DNA of 64,000 nt from Geopsychrobacteraceae bacterium (GTDB lineage Bacteria > Desulfobacterota > Desulfuromonadia > Desulfuromonadales > Geopsychrobacteraceae): positions 2,240,001-2,304,000 of the forward strand of contig CAXXTB010000002.1 of the NCBI GenBank assembly GCA_963676795.2, read 5' to 3'. The position numbers and the translations under genes were made by a program. The notes under the pieces were generated by a model, which saw only the letters and a program-made list of their open reading frames with translations, was not told the DNA's origin and did not search any database. Each line of letters begins with the position of its first letter. Position 1 is the stretch's first letter. This document shows positions 54,319-63,898 of this stretch, piece after piece.

Positions 54319-55617
54319 ATGACACAACTTGAAATGGCCCGTAACGGGCAGATCAGTGACCTGCTCCGCCAGGCCGCCGCCAGAGAAAATATCGATCCGG
54401 AAATTCTGCGTCAGCGCGTTGCTGCAGGAACAGCCGTTATCTGCCTGAACAAAGTGCACAAAAACGGCAAACCACTCGCCGTTGGCGAAGGCCTGCGCAC
54501 CAAGACCAATGCCAACATCGGGACCAGCCAGGACGACACCAGCATCGACAAGGAACTGGAAAAGGCCAAGGTGGCCGCCGCTGCCGGGGCCGATGCACTG
54601 ATGGACCTGTCAACCGGCGGACCGATCGATGAAATCCGCGCGGCGATCATCGCCGAAACCGATCTCTGTATCGGCAGCGTTCCACTCTATCAAGCAGCCT
54701 GTGACTGCATCATCAAGCAGGGGAAGCCGATCGTTGACATGACAGTTGAGGATATCTTTGCCGGAGTCAAAAAACATCTGGATGATGGTGTTGACTTCAT
54801 CACTGTCCACTGCGGCATCACCCGGGAAACCGTCTCGCGCATGGACAAGGAAGGCCGCATCATGGAGGTTGTCTCCCGCGGCGGCTCCTTCACCATCGGC
54901 TGGATGACCCACAACAATGCGGAAAACCCGCTTTACGAATATTACGATCGCCTGCTCGAACTGGTGCGCCCCTACGACGCCGTCCTCTCCCTTGGCGACG
55001 GCTTCCGGCCGGGCTGCCTGGCCGATGCCACCGACCGGGCCCAGATTCAGGAACTGATCATTCTCGGCGAACTGACCAAACGCGCCCAGGATGCCGGCAT
55101 CCAGGTCATGATCGAAGGACCCGGCCATGTTCCGCTCAACCAGATCGAGGCCAACATCAAACTGCAGAAACGGCTCTGTCACGGGGCCCCCTTCTATGTC
55201 CTCGGACCACTGGTCACCGATATCGCACCAGGCTATGACCACATCACCTCGGCCATCGGTGGAACCATCGCTGCTGCGGCCGGAGCGGATTTTCTCTGCT
55301 ACGTCACCCCGAGTGAGCACCTGCGCCTGCCGACCGTCGAGGATGTCCATGAAGGGGTCATGGCTTCACGGATTGCCGCCCACGCCGCCGACATCGTCAA
55401 AGGGATTCCCGGCGCCATGGAAAAAGATAATATCATGGCCAAGGCCCGCAAGGATCTCGACTGGGAAAAGCAATTCGAAGTCGCGATCGACCCGGACAAG
55501 GCACGGCGCTTAAGAGATGAATCCGGGGTTGACGAAACCCACGGAGCCTGCACCATGTGCGGTGCCCTGTGCGCTTATAAGGTAATGAATGAGCGCTCTG
55601 AAAAAAAAGCGATATAA
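54319..55617 (+). CDS. thiC: Phosphomethylpyrimidine synthase (short anaerobe-type ThiC)
   Basis: NANIGTS, MDLSTG, SRGGS, EGPGH, GYDH, C-terminal CTMCGALC; adjacent to thiDE. Confidence 0.93.
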   Translation: MTQLEMARNGQISDLLRQAAARENIDPEILRQRVAAGTAVICLNKVHKNGKPLAVGEGLRTKTNANIGTSQDDTSIDKELEKAKVAAAAGADALMDLSTGGPIDEIRAAIIAETDLCIGSVPLYQAACDCIIKQGKPIVDMTVEDIFAGVKKHLDDGVDFITVHCGITRETVSRMDKEGRIMEVVSRGGSFTIGWMTHNNAENPLYEYYDRLLELVRPYDAVLSLGDGFRPGCLADATDRAQIQELIILGELTKRAQDAGIQVMIEGPGHVPLNQIEANIKLQKRLCHGAPFYVLGPLVTDIAPGYDHITSAIGGTIAAAAGADFLCYVTPSEHLRLPTVEDVHEGVMASRIAAHAADIVKGIPGAMEKDNIMAKARKDLDWEKQFEVAIDPDKARRLRDESGVDETHGACTMCGALCAYKVMNERSEKKAI

Positions 55618-55734
55618 TTCTGTTGCCGTCGACGGAAAACTAGTCATATAATCGGCCGCTTTTTATTCGTCTTCTTGTTTAGATTTTGAGGTGCCGGTCT
55701 CAAGTGGGCCGGCCCACTCAGGAGGATCTTGCCG

Positions 55735-56523
55735 ATGTGTGCTAAGAAAATTACTCGCCCGAAACGCCGCCCGAAAATCAAACTGCGCGGCTTCAACAAC
55801 CTAACCAAAAGCTTGAGCTTCAACATCTACGATGTCTGCTATGCCCAAAGGCCGCAGGCTCGTGAAGAGTATCTCGCTTATATCGATGAAGAGTACAACG
55901 CTGACCGTCTGACCCAGATCCTTACCGAGGTCGCAGACATTATCGGCGCCAACATTCTCAACATCTCCAGCCAGGACTACGATCCGATGGGCGCTTCGGT
56001 CACGATCCTGATAGCCGAAGAGCCTGTCGAACCGAAGTCGGACCAGGTCCTTGCCCACCTGGACAAGAGCCACCTGTGCATCCACACCTATCCGGAGACC
56101 GATTCAAAATCGGGAATTTCGACCTTCAGGGTCGATGTCGATGTATCGACCTGCGGCAAGATCAGCCCGCTCAAAGCGCTCAATCACCTGATCGAGTCGT
56201 TTGAGTCGGATATCGTCCTGATGGATTACAAGGTACGCGGCTTCACCCGCGACACCAAAGGTCAGAAACACTATATCGACCACAAGATCCACAGCATCCA
56301 GCAGTATATCCGCAAAGGGATCATGGAAAAGTACCAGTGTGTCGATATCAACATCTATCAGGAGAACCTGTTCCACACCAAGATGCTGCTGAAAGACTTC
56401 GACCTGAACCAGTACCTGTTCGCGACGACCTACGACGAGCTTTCTGATGAAGAAAGAGTGAAGATCAAAACCATTCTCCAGCAGGAGATGACCGAGATCT
56501 TCTACTCGAAAAACATCTACTAA
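55735..56523 (+). CDS. speD: S-adenosylmethionine decarboxylase proenzyme (long, E. coli-like class)
   Basis: [29 protein letters not shown] (pyruvoyl-forming Ser), [15 protein letters not shown]. Confidence 0.93.
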   Translation: MCAKKITRPKRRPKIKLRGFNNLTKSLSFNIYDVCYAQRPQAREEYLAYIDEEYNADRLTQILTEVADIIGANILNISSQDYDPMGASVTILIAEEPVEPKSDQVLAHLDKSHLCIHTYPETDSKSGISTFRVDVDVSTCGKISPLKALNHLIESFESDIVLMDYKVRGFTRDTKGQKHYIDHKIHSIQQYIRKGIMEKYQCVDINIYQENLFHTKMLLKDFDLNQYLFATTYDELSDEERVKIKTILQQEMTEIFYSKNIY

Positions 56524-56527
56524 AGAT

Positions 56528-56559
56528 AGGGAGGGCGCTTCAGAGCGTCCTCCTCTCTT
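56528..56559 (+). terminator. Hairpin after speD
   Basis: GGAGGGCGCT-TCAG-AGCGTCCTCC followed by TCTCTT. Confidence 0.5.
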
Positions 56560-56662
56560 ATCCCGCCAGCAGTCCTGAAGGGCTGCCGGCCTCAAACGCC
56601 CTCTCCTTCGAAGCACCGCAGAACTGACACCGTCATACACGCCGACCAACCGGCTTCTCCTG

Positions 56663-56701
56663 AAAAAAATAAAAGGCGCCACACGAAATGCAACGCCTTT
56701 T
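56663..56701 (-). terminator. Probable terminator after fba
   Basis: AAAAGGCG...CGCCTTTT followed by ATTTTTTT on the minus strand. Confidence 0.55.
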
Positions 56702-56766
56702 GATATATCATTATCTATCTATTCAAGACAGCCTCAATGGCGACCGGCCTCAGCCAGCATCCCTCA

Positions 56767-57747
56767 TCAGGCCTTCCCTGCACTGCCCAGAACCGTTTCA
56801 TTCTTATGCTTGATCAGAGCGATCAGTTCCTTGCGGGCCGCGCCCAGGTATTTGCGCGGATCGAACTCGCCCGGATCGTTGGCCAGGTATTCACGAACCT
56901 TGGCGGTCACAGCCAGGCGGCCATCGGAATCGATATTGATTTTGCAGACAGCGCTGGCGGCCGCTTTACGCAACTGATCCTCAGGCACACCGACGGCACC
57001 GTCCATCTTGCCGCCGTACTGGTTGATCAGGGCGACGTACTCAGGCACAACGCTCGATGCACCGTGAAGAACGATCGGGAAACCGGGAATGCGCTTTTCA
57101 ATCTCCTCGAGGATGTCGAAGCGCAGCGGCGGGACCTCCTCCCCCTCTTTCAGTTTGAACTTGTAGGCGCCATGGCTGGTACCGATCGAAATCGCCAGGG
57201 AATCGACACCGGTCTTCTTGACAAAATCCTCGACCTCGTCCGGTCGAGTATAGGTGGAATGCTCGGCAACAACCTCGTCTTCGATACCGGCCAGCACACC
57301 CAGTTCTCCCTCAACAGTCACATCGCGCTGATGGGCATACTCGACAACCTTGCGGGTCAGGGCGACATTCTCCTCATAAGGCAGGTGCGAACCATCGATC
57401 ATGACCGAAGAGAAACCGGAATCGATACAGTTTTTGCACAGTTCGAAGGAGTCTCCATGATCCAGATGCAGAACAATCGGGATCTCCGCACCCAGCTCAC
57501 GGGCCATTTCGACCGCCCCCATGGCCATGTAACGCAGCATGGTTTCATTGGCATAGCTACGCGCCCCCTTGCTGACCTGCAGGATGACCGGCGATCTGGT
57601 CTCGGCGCAGGCCGTGACAATGGCCTGAAGCTGCTCAAGGTTATTGAAATTATAGGCAGGGATTGCATAGCCACCAGAAACGGCCTTGGCGAAAATGTCC
57701 CGTGAATTGACCAACCCCAGATCTTTATAGCTAACCGTTTTGCTCAT
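56767..57747 (-). CDS. fba: Class II fructose-1,6-bisphosphate aldolase
   Basis: LHLDHG, VMIDGS, VEGELG, GTSHGAYK, LHGAS, KINIDSD. Confidence 0.96.
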   Translation of the reverse strand: MSKTVSYKDLGLVNSRDIFAKAVSGGYAIPAYNFNNLEQLQAIVTACAETRSPVILQVSKGARSYANETMLRYMAMGAVEMARELGAEIPIVLHLDHGDSFELCKNCIDSGFSSVMIDGSHLPYEENVALTRKVVEYAHQRDVTVEGELGVLAGIEDEVVAEHSTYTRPDEVEDFVKKTGVDSLAISIGTSHGAYKFKLKEGEEVPPLRFDILEEIEKRIPGFPIVLHGASSVVPEYVALINQYGGKMDGAVGVPEDQLRKAAASAVCKINIDSDGRLAVTAKVREYLANDPGEFDPRKYLGAARKELIALIKHKNETVLGSAGKA

Positions 57748-57982
57748 CGATTTCTCCTCCGCAAGTAAGTGTACAAGTAGGTATCAGGCCTAGCTGGGTA
57801 GACCAAAATACTTTAATCAATCAACTGGAAACTGTCCAGCAACACACTTAATTAATCACCTGTTTTTTTCACCTCAAGAAGGTTGCAATACAGCGTTTTA
57901 TTCATTAGTATACTGCCCGCTGGAGCCCGACCGGGGCATTTTCTCACATTTTTATCTACATCTATATAGCAAGGACTGCAAA

Positions 57983-59422
57983 ATGGCCGGATCACAAGCT
58001 GACGAATATTTCAATGAATGGAAAGAGCGGGAAGCGATAGCAGAAGCGATGGTGCCATTGATCGGCAAGCTCTATCGCGATCACGAAGTTATCTGCACCG
58101 TCTTCAAACGCTCCCTGGTCAACAAATCAACCATCGACATTCTTAAAGCACACCGTTTCGCACGCCAGATCATCGATCGCGAAATCTGGGTTAAAGACAG
58201 CTTTCCGATCCTTCAGGCCCTGTGTGAAATGGATCTGGCCCCGGGTCGCGTCGACCTGGCCAAGCTGGTCATGGGCTACCAGGAAAAAGGTGGAGAACTT
58301 AGCACATTCCTGCGCGAACAGCTCAAGGACCTGAACACCGGCAAGAGCAACCAGCTGAACAAGCCGCAGGATGTCGTCCTTTACGGTTTCGGTCGCATCG
58401 GCCGCCTGGTTGCCCGCATCATGATCGAGCAGGCCGGTGGCGGCAACAAGCTGCGCCTGCGCGCTATCGTCGTCCGCAAAGGGAGTGACGACGACCTGGC
58501 AAAACGCGCCAGCCTGCTGCGTCGCGATTCGGTCCATGGCCAGTTTGACGGAACCATTACCATCGACGAAAAAGAAAATGCCATTGTTGCCAACGGCAAC
58601 ATGATCCGCGTCATCTATGCCGCCGCCCCGGACCAGATCGACTACACCCAGTACGGCATCGACAACGCCATTGTCGTCGACAATACCGGGAAATGGCGCG
58701 ATCGCGACGGACTGGGCCTCCACCTGAAGGCTAAAGGCGTGGCCAAGGTGCTGCTGACCGCACCTGGCAAAGGAAATATCCCGAACGTTGTTTACGGCGT
58801 TAACGACAATGAGCTTGAAGGTGATGAGACCATCTTCTCTGCTGCGAGCTGCACAACCAACGCGATCGTTCCGTCACTCAAAGCGATCAACGACAAGTTC
58901 GGCATCGAGTACGGTCATGTGGAAACCTGCCACAGTTATACCAACGACCAGAACCTGATCGACAACTACCATGACAAGGAACGTCGTGGCAGAGGCGCCG
59001 CCCTGAACATGGTCATCACCGAAACCGGTGCCGCGAAAGCCGTGGCCAAGGCCCTGCCCGAGCTGACCGGCAAACTGACCGGCAACGCGATCCGCGTCCC
59101 GACCCCTAATGTGTCGCTGGCGATCCTCAACCTGACTCTGAACCAGGAGACTTCGGCCGAAGAGCTCAACTGCTACCTGCGCGAGGTCTCATTGAACTCC
59201 CCGCTGCAGCACCAGATCGACTACACCAATTCTCCGGAAGCGGTCTCCAGCGACATGGTCGGTTCAACCCACGCCGGCATCGTTGACTCGCTGGCCACCA
59301 TCGTCGAAGGAAATCGATGCGTTCTCTACATCTGGTACGACAACGAATTCGGCTACAGCCATCAGGTTGTCCGCAGCATTGCCAAGATCGCCGGCATGCG
59401 CCTGGACAGCTGGCCCAAGTAA
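57983..59422 (+). CDS. gap: Glyceraldehyde-3-phosphate dehydrogenase, long form with N-terminal extension
   Basis: GFGRIGR, ASCTTN, TGAAKAV, WYDNEFGYS, preceded by about 125 extra residues. Confidence 0.93.
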   Translation: MAGSQADEYFNEWKEREAIAEAMVPLIGKLYRDHEVICTVFKRSLVNKSTIDILKAHRFARQIIDREIWVKDSFPILQALCEMDLAPGRVDLAKLVMGYQEKGGELSTFLREQLKDLNTGKSNQLNKPQDVVLYGFGRIGRLVARIMIEQAGGGNKLRLRAIVVRKGSDDDLAKRASLLRRDSVHGQFDGTITIDEKENAIVANGNMIRVIYAAAPDQIDYTQYGIDNAIVVDNTGKWRDRDGLGLHLKAKGVAKVLLTAPGKGNIPNVVYGVNDNELEGDETIFSAASCTTNAIVPSLKAINDKFGIEYGHVETCHSYTNDQNLIDNYHDKERRGRGAALNMVITETGAAKAVAKALPELTGKLTGNAIRVPTPNVSLAILNLTLNQETSAEELNCYLREVSLNSPLQHQIDYTNSPEAVSSDMVGSTHAGIVDSLATIVEGNRCVLYIWYDNEFGYSHQVVRSIAKIAGMRLDSWPK

Positions 59423-59428
59423 TCCCCA

Positions 59429-59473
59429 AGAGCAGGCTGGCAAATCTTACGGCAGCCTGCTCTCTATTCTTTT
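59429..59473 (+). terminator. Terminator after gap
   Basis: GAGCAGGCTG...CAGCCTGCTC followed by TCTATTCTTTT. Confidence 0.6.
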
Positions 59474-59624
59474 ACCGTCTCCACCACCCCCGCAGCACTT
59501 TATCCTTGAAAGCGCCCTGCCCTTTACCTATTCTTGATGTCTGCAAAAATGAGTTAAATTTATTGATTCAACAGCGCATAGCTGCTGAGCGACTGCCACT
59601 CTAGCGATACGTAAGGAACAATCT

Positions 59625-60206
59625 ATGGACATGAATATGTTCTGGGAAGAAGCGATCAACAACCTCTGGTGGTTGATTCCCGCCTGCCTCGTCCTCAGCC
59701 TGTTTAAATCCTCCTGGTTCAAGAGGCTCTTTCTGACCAGATTGATGACTGGTGTCAAACTGCCAAAAGACAAATACACTGCGCTGCACGATGTCAGGCT
59801 CGATATTGACGGCAATGAAATCTTCTTCAAACATATATATCTTTCAACCTATGGCATCTTCGCCGTCCAGACCCGCGAGATGAAGGGCTGGATTTTCGGC
59901 GGTAAAAACAGGGCCGAATGGACCCAGAAGCTCTATACCAAAAGCAATGAATTCAAAAACCCCCTGACCCAGTGTCTCGAAGAGTCAAAAAGGCTGGCAG
60001 ACTGGCTGATGATCTCGCCGAAATTCATCAAACCGATCGTCCAGTTCAGCGGCGACTGCGTGTTCAAGACCGATATGCCCGACAATGTGGTAAAGGGGCT
60101 GAAAAGCTTTGACTACATCAAAACCTTCACCAAGGAAGACCTACCGGCCAAAAAGCTTGAAGAGATTCAGGAAAAAATCAGCACCGCACAAATTTCACTG
60201 AGATAG
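59625..60206 (+). CDS. Membrane-anchored NERD-like protein with substituted catalytic residues
   Basis: N-terminal TM helix; HIYLSTYGIFAVQTREMKGWIFG, WTQ, FKNPLTQ follow the NERD pattern. Confidence 0.75.
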   Translation: MDMNMFWEEAINNLWWLIPACLVLSLFKSSWFKRLFLTRLMTGVKLPKDKYTALHDVRLDIDGNEIFFKHIYLSTYGIFAVQTREMKGWIFGGKNRAEWTQKLYTKSNEFKNPLTQCLEESKRLADWLMISPKFIKPIVQFSGDCVFKTDMPDNVVKGLKSFDYIKTFTKEDLPAKKLEEIQEKISTAQISLR

Positions 60207-60226
60207 ACAAAACCTTCAGAAATGAG

Positions 60227-60265
60227 AAAAGGCCGCCTGCACGGATGTGCAGGCGGCCTTTTTTT
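60227..60265. terminator. Bidirectional intrinsic terminator
   Basis: AAAAGGCCGCCTGCAC-GGAT-GTGCAGGCGGCCTTTTTTT between convergent genes. Confidence 0.9.
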
Positions 60266-60282
60266 ACCGACGACAACAGGGT

Positions 60283-62025
60283 CTATTTCACAGCTGTAAC
60301 CCAGGCCGGAATCTCACCGATAACAACATCGAACAGGGGAATAACCAGCAGGTAGGTGCAGAGCACAACCAGAATGATGCCGATGATATTCAGACCAAAA
60401 CCACTCTTAGCCATCTGCGGAATGGTGACATACCCCGAGCCGAAAACAATGGCATTCGGCGGCGTTGCGACCGGGAGCATAAAGGCACAGGAGGCGGCGA
60501 TTGCAGCAGGTACGATCAGCAACAGCGGGCTCTGGCCCAGGCCGACAGCAACAGCGGAAAGAATCGGCATGACCATCGCGGAGGTGGCGGTATTCGAGGT
60601 CAGCTCGGTCAGGTAGATGATCAGCACGGTTACCGCGATGATCAGCACCAGGATCGGGGCATTCTGCAGCAGAGCCACCTGATTACCGAGCCATTCGGCC
60701 AGACCGGAGGTTTTGAAACCATCAGCCATAGCCAGACCACCACCGAAGAGGATCAGAACCCCCCAGGGCATCTTGGTTGCCCAGTGCCAATCCATAACAA
60801 ACTGGTTTTTCTTCAGGTTGAGCGGAATCAGGAACAGAACCAGCGCACCGGTCATGGCGATAGCCGCATCGGTCACCAGCTTCGGTTCCGGAAAGAGAAA
60901 ACCGATCTGCTGACGAAAAATCCAGCCCAGAGCGGTCAGAAGAAAAACCAGTGCCGTCCAACGCTCACCGGCGCTCATCTTACCCATTTCCTGCAGCTCC
61001 TGATTGATCAGGGCGCGGCCACCCGGAACCTTTTTCAGACTCATCGGGTTGGCAATCTTGATCAGCCAGAGCCAGCACAACGGCAGCATGACAACAACCA
61101 GAGGAATACCGACCTTGAGCCAGTCGACAAAAGAAATCTCAAAGCCGTAGGTCTTCTGCAGGTAACCGGCCAGAACCGTATTCGGCGGGGTGCCGATCAG
61201 GGTCGCAATACCGCCAATCGATGCTGCATAGGCGATACCGAGCATCAGGTTCAGACCGAAGGAGAAGTTTTCCGGGCTGAAGTCGATATGCTTGTCGAGG
61301 CCTTCCTTTTTACCCTCTTCAATAACATGGGCAATAATCGCCAGACCGATCGGCATCATCATGACCGTGGTCGCGGTATTGGACACAAAGGCGGAGAGCA
61401 CCGCGGTCGCCACCATAAAGCCGAAGATCAGTCGAGCCGGAGAAAAACCGACCATCTTGACGATATTCATCGCGATCCGGCGGTGGAGGTTCCAGCGCTG
61501 CATCGACAGGGCAATAATGAACCCACCCATAAAAAGAAAGATCAGATGATTGGCATAGGGCGCCGTTGCCTTCTGCGTGCTGGCAATCCCCATCAGTGGA
61601 AAAAGCGGAATCGGCAAAAGGCTGGTAGCCGGAATCGGAATCGATTCACACATCCACCAGGTTGCCATCAGCAAAGCGACTGCAGCCATTTTCTGAGCAA
61701 CAGGAGACATGTCCGCCGGAACAGGAATGATCAGCATCAGGATAAACAGAATCGGCCCCAGGGCCAGACCGATTTTCTGCCGCCTGGTATAGCCGCGGGG
61801 CTCTTCCTCATTTACACCGCCCGGAGTCGTTTTCAGTCGCGGTGAGTGTTCAGCCGGAGCAGATGTCATTTCATCGGCGAGATCGACATCCTTCTCTGTC
61901 ACCTTGGCAGCAAAGGCCAGGTTTTTACGGGCAATCAAACGTTTCATCGCGTTTGGCGTAACAGCCAGCAGCGATTTGGTGTCATCATGCATAACCCAGA
62001 GTCGATTCCATACGTTTGCAATCAT
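60283..62025 (-). CDS. DASS/SLC13 family sodium-coupled dicarboxylate/anion symporter
   Basis: Two SNT motifs (FVSNTAT, LTSNTAT), IGTPPN, PVATPPNAIV; GGAG RBS before the ATG at 62025. Confidence 0.93.
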   Translation of the reverse strand: MIANVWNRLWVMHDDTKSLLAVTPNAMKRLIARKNLAFAAKVTEKDVDLADEMTSAPAEHSPRLKTTPGGVNEEEPRGYTRRQKIGLALGPILFILMLIIPVPADMSPVAQKMAAVALLMATWWMCESIPIPATSLLPIPLFPLMGIASTQKATAPYANHLIFLFMGGFIIALSMQRWNLHRRIAMNIVKMVGFSPARLIFGFMVATAVLSAFVSNTATTVMMMPIGLAIIAHVIEEGKKEGLDKHIDFSPENFSFGLNLMLGIAYAASIGGIATLIGTPPNTVLAGYLQKTYGFEISFVDWLKVGIPLVVVMLPLCWLWLIKIANPMSLKKVPGGRALINQELQEMGKMSAGERWTALVFLLTALGWIFRQQIGFLFPEPKLVTDAAIAMTGALVLFLIPLNLKKNQFVMDWHWATKMPWGVLILFGGGLAMADGFKTSGLAEWLGNQVALLQNAPILVLIIAVTVLIIYLTELTSNTATSAMVMPILSAVAVGLGQSPLLLIVPAAIAASCAFMLPVATPPNAIVFGSGYVTIPQMAKSGFGLNIIGIILVVLCTYLLVIPLFDVVIGEIPAWVTAVK

Positions 62026-62110
62026 TTAGCATCTCCAATTTTCACAACATTGTTTCGATTTGAACATCTATCCAAACCATAGCCAACCTCTTTCAGAGTA
62101 TTTTTAACAG

Positions 62111-62127
62111 AGCAATGTCAGTGCCAA
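62111..62127 (-). promoter_or_regulatory. sigma54 (-24/-12) promoter for the DASS gene
   Basis: TTGGCACTGACATTGCT, with correct GG-N10-GC spacing. Confidence 0.8.
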
Positions 62128-62244
62128 ATAAAACACAATTTGAAAATTTATCGACAGGAGCCAATAAGGCCTATATTACGATGATTTGTATACAGAATAC
62201 TGAGTACAGACAAAAATCAGACAGGCAGGCACGACTGTTCAGTC

Positions 62245-62282
62245 GTGGCCAATTTCAGCCACTAGTGGCAAATATTAGCCTA
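62245..62282. promoter_or_regulatory. Tandem palindromic sites, candidate enhancer (UAS) for a sigma54 activator
   Basis: GTGGC-CAATTTCA-GCCAC and GTGGC-AAATATTA-GCCTA at a 20-bp period. Confidence 0.55.
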
Positions 62283-62301
62283 GGCCATATTATAAAAAGA
62301 C

Positions 62302-62337
62302 AAAAAAAGACCGGCCTGAAGAACAGACCGGTCTTTT
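62302..62337 (-). terminator. Terminator after rpsU
   Basis: AAAAGACCGG...CCGGTCTTTT with a T7 tail on the minus strand. Confidence 0.8.
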
Positions 62338-62355
62338 GTATCGGAAAAACCGAAA

Positions 62356-62553
62356 TTAGCTGAAGCGTTTCATGGCGCGCATCTTCTTGCGCAGACGACG
62401 CTGAGCTTCTTTTTCTTTACGCTTACGCTTGACGCTCGGCTTCTCGTAAAATTTGCGCTGCTTCATCTCACGAAACAGGCCTTCCTGCTGAAGCTTACGC
62501 TTGAGAACCTTGATCGCCTTTTCAACGTTACCGTCGATAACAGTGATTTCCAC
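62356..62553 (-). CDS. rpsU: 30S ribosomal protein S21
   Basis: EKAIKVLKRK, FYEKPSVKRKRK. Confidence 0.96.
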   Translation of the reverse strand: MEITVIDGNVEKAIKVLKRKLQQEGLFREMKQRKFYEKPSVKRKRKEKEAQRRLRKKMRAMKRFS

Positions 62554-62632
62554 GAATAATCACCCCACTTTCCTTCAATCTTTGCAGTCATACCGCAAGA
62601 GTTGAAGCTTATAGCGAAGTTCATCACAAAAG

Positions 62633-63763
62633 TCAACCGCTATCTTTTCCACTGCGGACCGGTTTCCTCCACAGAACCACAGGAATTCCTCCGTTGGAAA
62701 ACTGCAACAGCCGATCAAAGGCAAGTCCCGTTTGCTTCAACACCTTGCGATCCGGGCAAATCAGCAGACAGTCAAAGCCACTGAAGCGGGTCATAAAACA
62801 GCGGCCGAGGTCCCTATACAGGGCATCCAGGTCAGCATCCTTCCCCAGCCGATCCCCATAGGGCGGGTTGCTGATTAACATCCCCTTCTGGTGCTCAGGC
62901 TCAAATTTCTGCAGCTGCTGGCAAAAAACATTCACATCCCCATCGAGCCCGGCAGTTTTCAGATTGGCTGATAATGCTTCAACAACCTTCGGATTGCTGT
63001 CAAGGGCGACAAGAGACGCAGCCATAGAAACCTCCCCCCTGGCAGCTTCATCCTTGAGCAGTTGCCACAAGCCGGGACGATACTTCGGCCAATCCATAAA
63101 AGCAAAACAGCGGTTGAGCCCGGGAGCCCGTCTCCTGGCGATCAGAGCTCCCTCAATGGCCAGGGTTCCGGATCCGCACATCAGATCGTACAACGGCTGA
63201 GAACCATCATAGCCTGCTGCCAGCAGACATGCAGCCGCCAGGGTTTCCCGCAGCGGAGCGGCCCCCCTGGCCAGCATATAGCCCCTGCGGTGCAGATGTT
63301 CTCCGCTACTGTCGATTGAGACCATGCAGCGGTCATCAACTATCCTTATGTATACTGACGTTTCAGCCATGTGCTCATCATAGGCTGCCAGCCCCAGTGC
63401 CTTCAGGACGGCCTCCTCGCAGGTTTCAGCGATTCGTCCACTATGGACCAGACGCGAATGCTGGGTGCTGACGCGACAGCGACAGCGGCTGCCCGGCTTG
63501 ACAAAACGGCCCCAGGGCAACTTCACCAACTGCTTGTAGAGAGCAGGAAAATCTCGCACCGTAAATTCACCGAGCCGGACCAGAATTCGCGAGGCGCTCC
63601 GCAGCCAGAGATTGGCCAGATAGAGTTCACGCAAACCGCCGGAAAAACTCAAGCCGCCAAGCTCTCTATCCAGAACCGGCAGATTCAGACGCTCCATCTC
63701 CCCGGCACAAATCGCTTCCAGTCCCGGAGCGACAACTACGAAATATTTATTCTCCTGGCTCAC
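62633..63763 (-). CDS. THUMP-domain RNA methyltransferase (RlmL-like)
   Basis: NLWLRSASRIL, LHRRGY, APLRETLAA, DLMCGSGT, NPPYG. Confidence 0.88.
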   Translation of the reverse strand: MSQENKYFVVVAPGLEAICAGEMERLNLPVLDRELGGLSFSGGLRELYLANLWLRSASRILVRLGEFTVRDFPALYKQLVKLPWGRFVKPGSRCRCRVSTQHSRLVHSGRIAETCEEAVLKALGLAAYDEHMAETSVYIRIVDDRCMVSIDSSGEHLHRRGYMLARGAAPLRETLAAACLLAAGYDGSQPLYDLMCGSGTLAIEGALIARRRAPGLNRCFAFMDWPKYRPGLWQLLKDEAARGEVSMAASLVALDSNPKVVEALSANLKTAGLDGDVNVFCQQLQKFEPEHQKGMLISNPPYGDRLGKDADLDALYRDLGRCFMTRFSGFDCLLICPDRKVLKQTGLAFDRLLQFSNGGIPVVLWRKPVRSGKDSG

Positions 63764-63898
63764 CTTGCCTCCCGGCTCTACCGATTACGTCAACAAATCA
63801 AATCGATCAAAAAAATCACTTTACCCACTGTCACGACTGGGCAATAATGATAAAAATATTCTTATCCTAATTGCCAAGTAAATGAAAATATTTGCGCT

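Noticed and set aside
54319..55617. BzaF/BzaAB (benzimidazole synthesis) instead of ThiC
   Set aside because: It is adjacent to thiE-thiD with no cobalamin genes or riboswitch; a phylogeny would be needed to exclude it formally.
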